64,000 nucleotides of DNA, taken from NCBI GenBank assembly GCA_024679065.1, contig JAGIQG010000011.1, forward strand, positions 60,884,001 through 60,948,000, given 5' to 3'. Below are positions 63,371-64,000 of the stretch, one piece after another. How positions within the stretch are numbered: position 1 is the first letter of the stretch; every line of letters starts with the position of its first letter. The notes under the pieces are model-generated. The model was not told the origin of the DNA, did no database searches, and saw only the letters and a program-made list of their open reading frames with translations. This DNA is from Sphyrna mokarran. Lineage: Eukaryota. Position numbers and translations under genes: made by a program.

Positions 63371-63860
63371 ATATCTTCAGTCCCTTTATCCAAGTCATTC
63401 ATATAAATTGTAAAATGTTGAGGCCCTAGCACTGATTCCAGTAGCCCACCCGATGTTACCCCCTGCCAACCAGAAAAATACCCACTTATGCCTTTGTTCT
63501 GTTTCCTATTGGCTAGCTAATCTGCTATCCATGCCAATATGTTATCTCCAACACAATGGGCTTTTATTTTCCACAATAAACTTTGATGTGGCACATTATC
63601 AAATGCTTTCTGGAAATTTAAGTACGGTACATCCACTGGCTCCCCTTTATTCATTGCATATATGGCTCCTTCAAAGAGCTCTGATAAATTGGCTAAACAT
63701 GATTACCCTTTCACCAAACCACATTGACTCTGGAATTTTTGCCACTGAATTTTTCCAAGTGCCCTGCTATAACATATTTAATAGCAGCTTCTAACATTTT
63801 CCCTACGACACATGTTAAGCTAACTGGTCAGTAATTTCCTGATTTTTGTCTTTCTCCAAT
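63371..63860 (-). mobile_element. CR1 RT fragment
   Basis: ggcacattatcaaatgctttctggaaattta (reverse of NFQKAFDNVP); caagtcattcatataaat (reverse of IYMNDL). Confidence 0.75.
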
Positions 63861-64000
63861 GACATAGGATACATAAATGCACAAGCAACTAAAACATTAA
63901 ACTACTCCTCAATGGGAAAGGTAGGATAGAGAGAAAGTGGAATTAAGTAACATTTTCTTGGACATAGAAATGGAAAAATTAAACATTTACAGAGTGCAAT

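Noticed and set aside
1-64000. CRISPR arrays, operons, rRNA or prokaryotic defence systems
   Set aside because: The sequence is eukaryotic; I saw no regularly spaced repeat-spacer array or rRNA-like segment. The remaining short ORFs lack motifs and splice support.

Overview
Vertebrate genomic DNA, very probably a shark or other elasmobranch, judging from HE1-type V-SINEs and HER1/CR1 LINEs. The only host protein-coding gene I can support is a complete two-exon engrailed-1 (en1) on the + strand: exon 1 CDS 1048-1552, a 2748-bp GT-AG intron, exon 2 CDS 4301-4620, 274 aa. About 59 kb of gene desert follows. The first ~16 kb keeps its CpGs and ~18 kb has no recognisable transposon. The rest is CpG-poor, with nested repeats (CR1, V-SINE, Deu-SINE, PIF/Harbinger, pogo, Penelope-like and hammerhead-type repeats) between unique AT-rich blocks that look like enhancers. 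I found no convincing new protein-coding system. The most unusual items are: a Penelope-like element with twin-priming-style inversion geometry, split by a young CR1 that has a perfect fold-back 5' junction; degenerate hammerhead repeats in tandem and inverted arrangements; and en1 regulatory features (promoter inverted repeat, four tiny uORFs, an intronic Pbx/Meis cluster). Repeat boundaries and family names were assigned by eye from remembered consensus motifs and are approximate.
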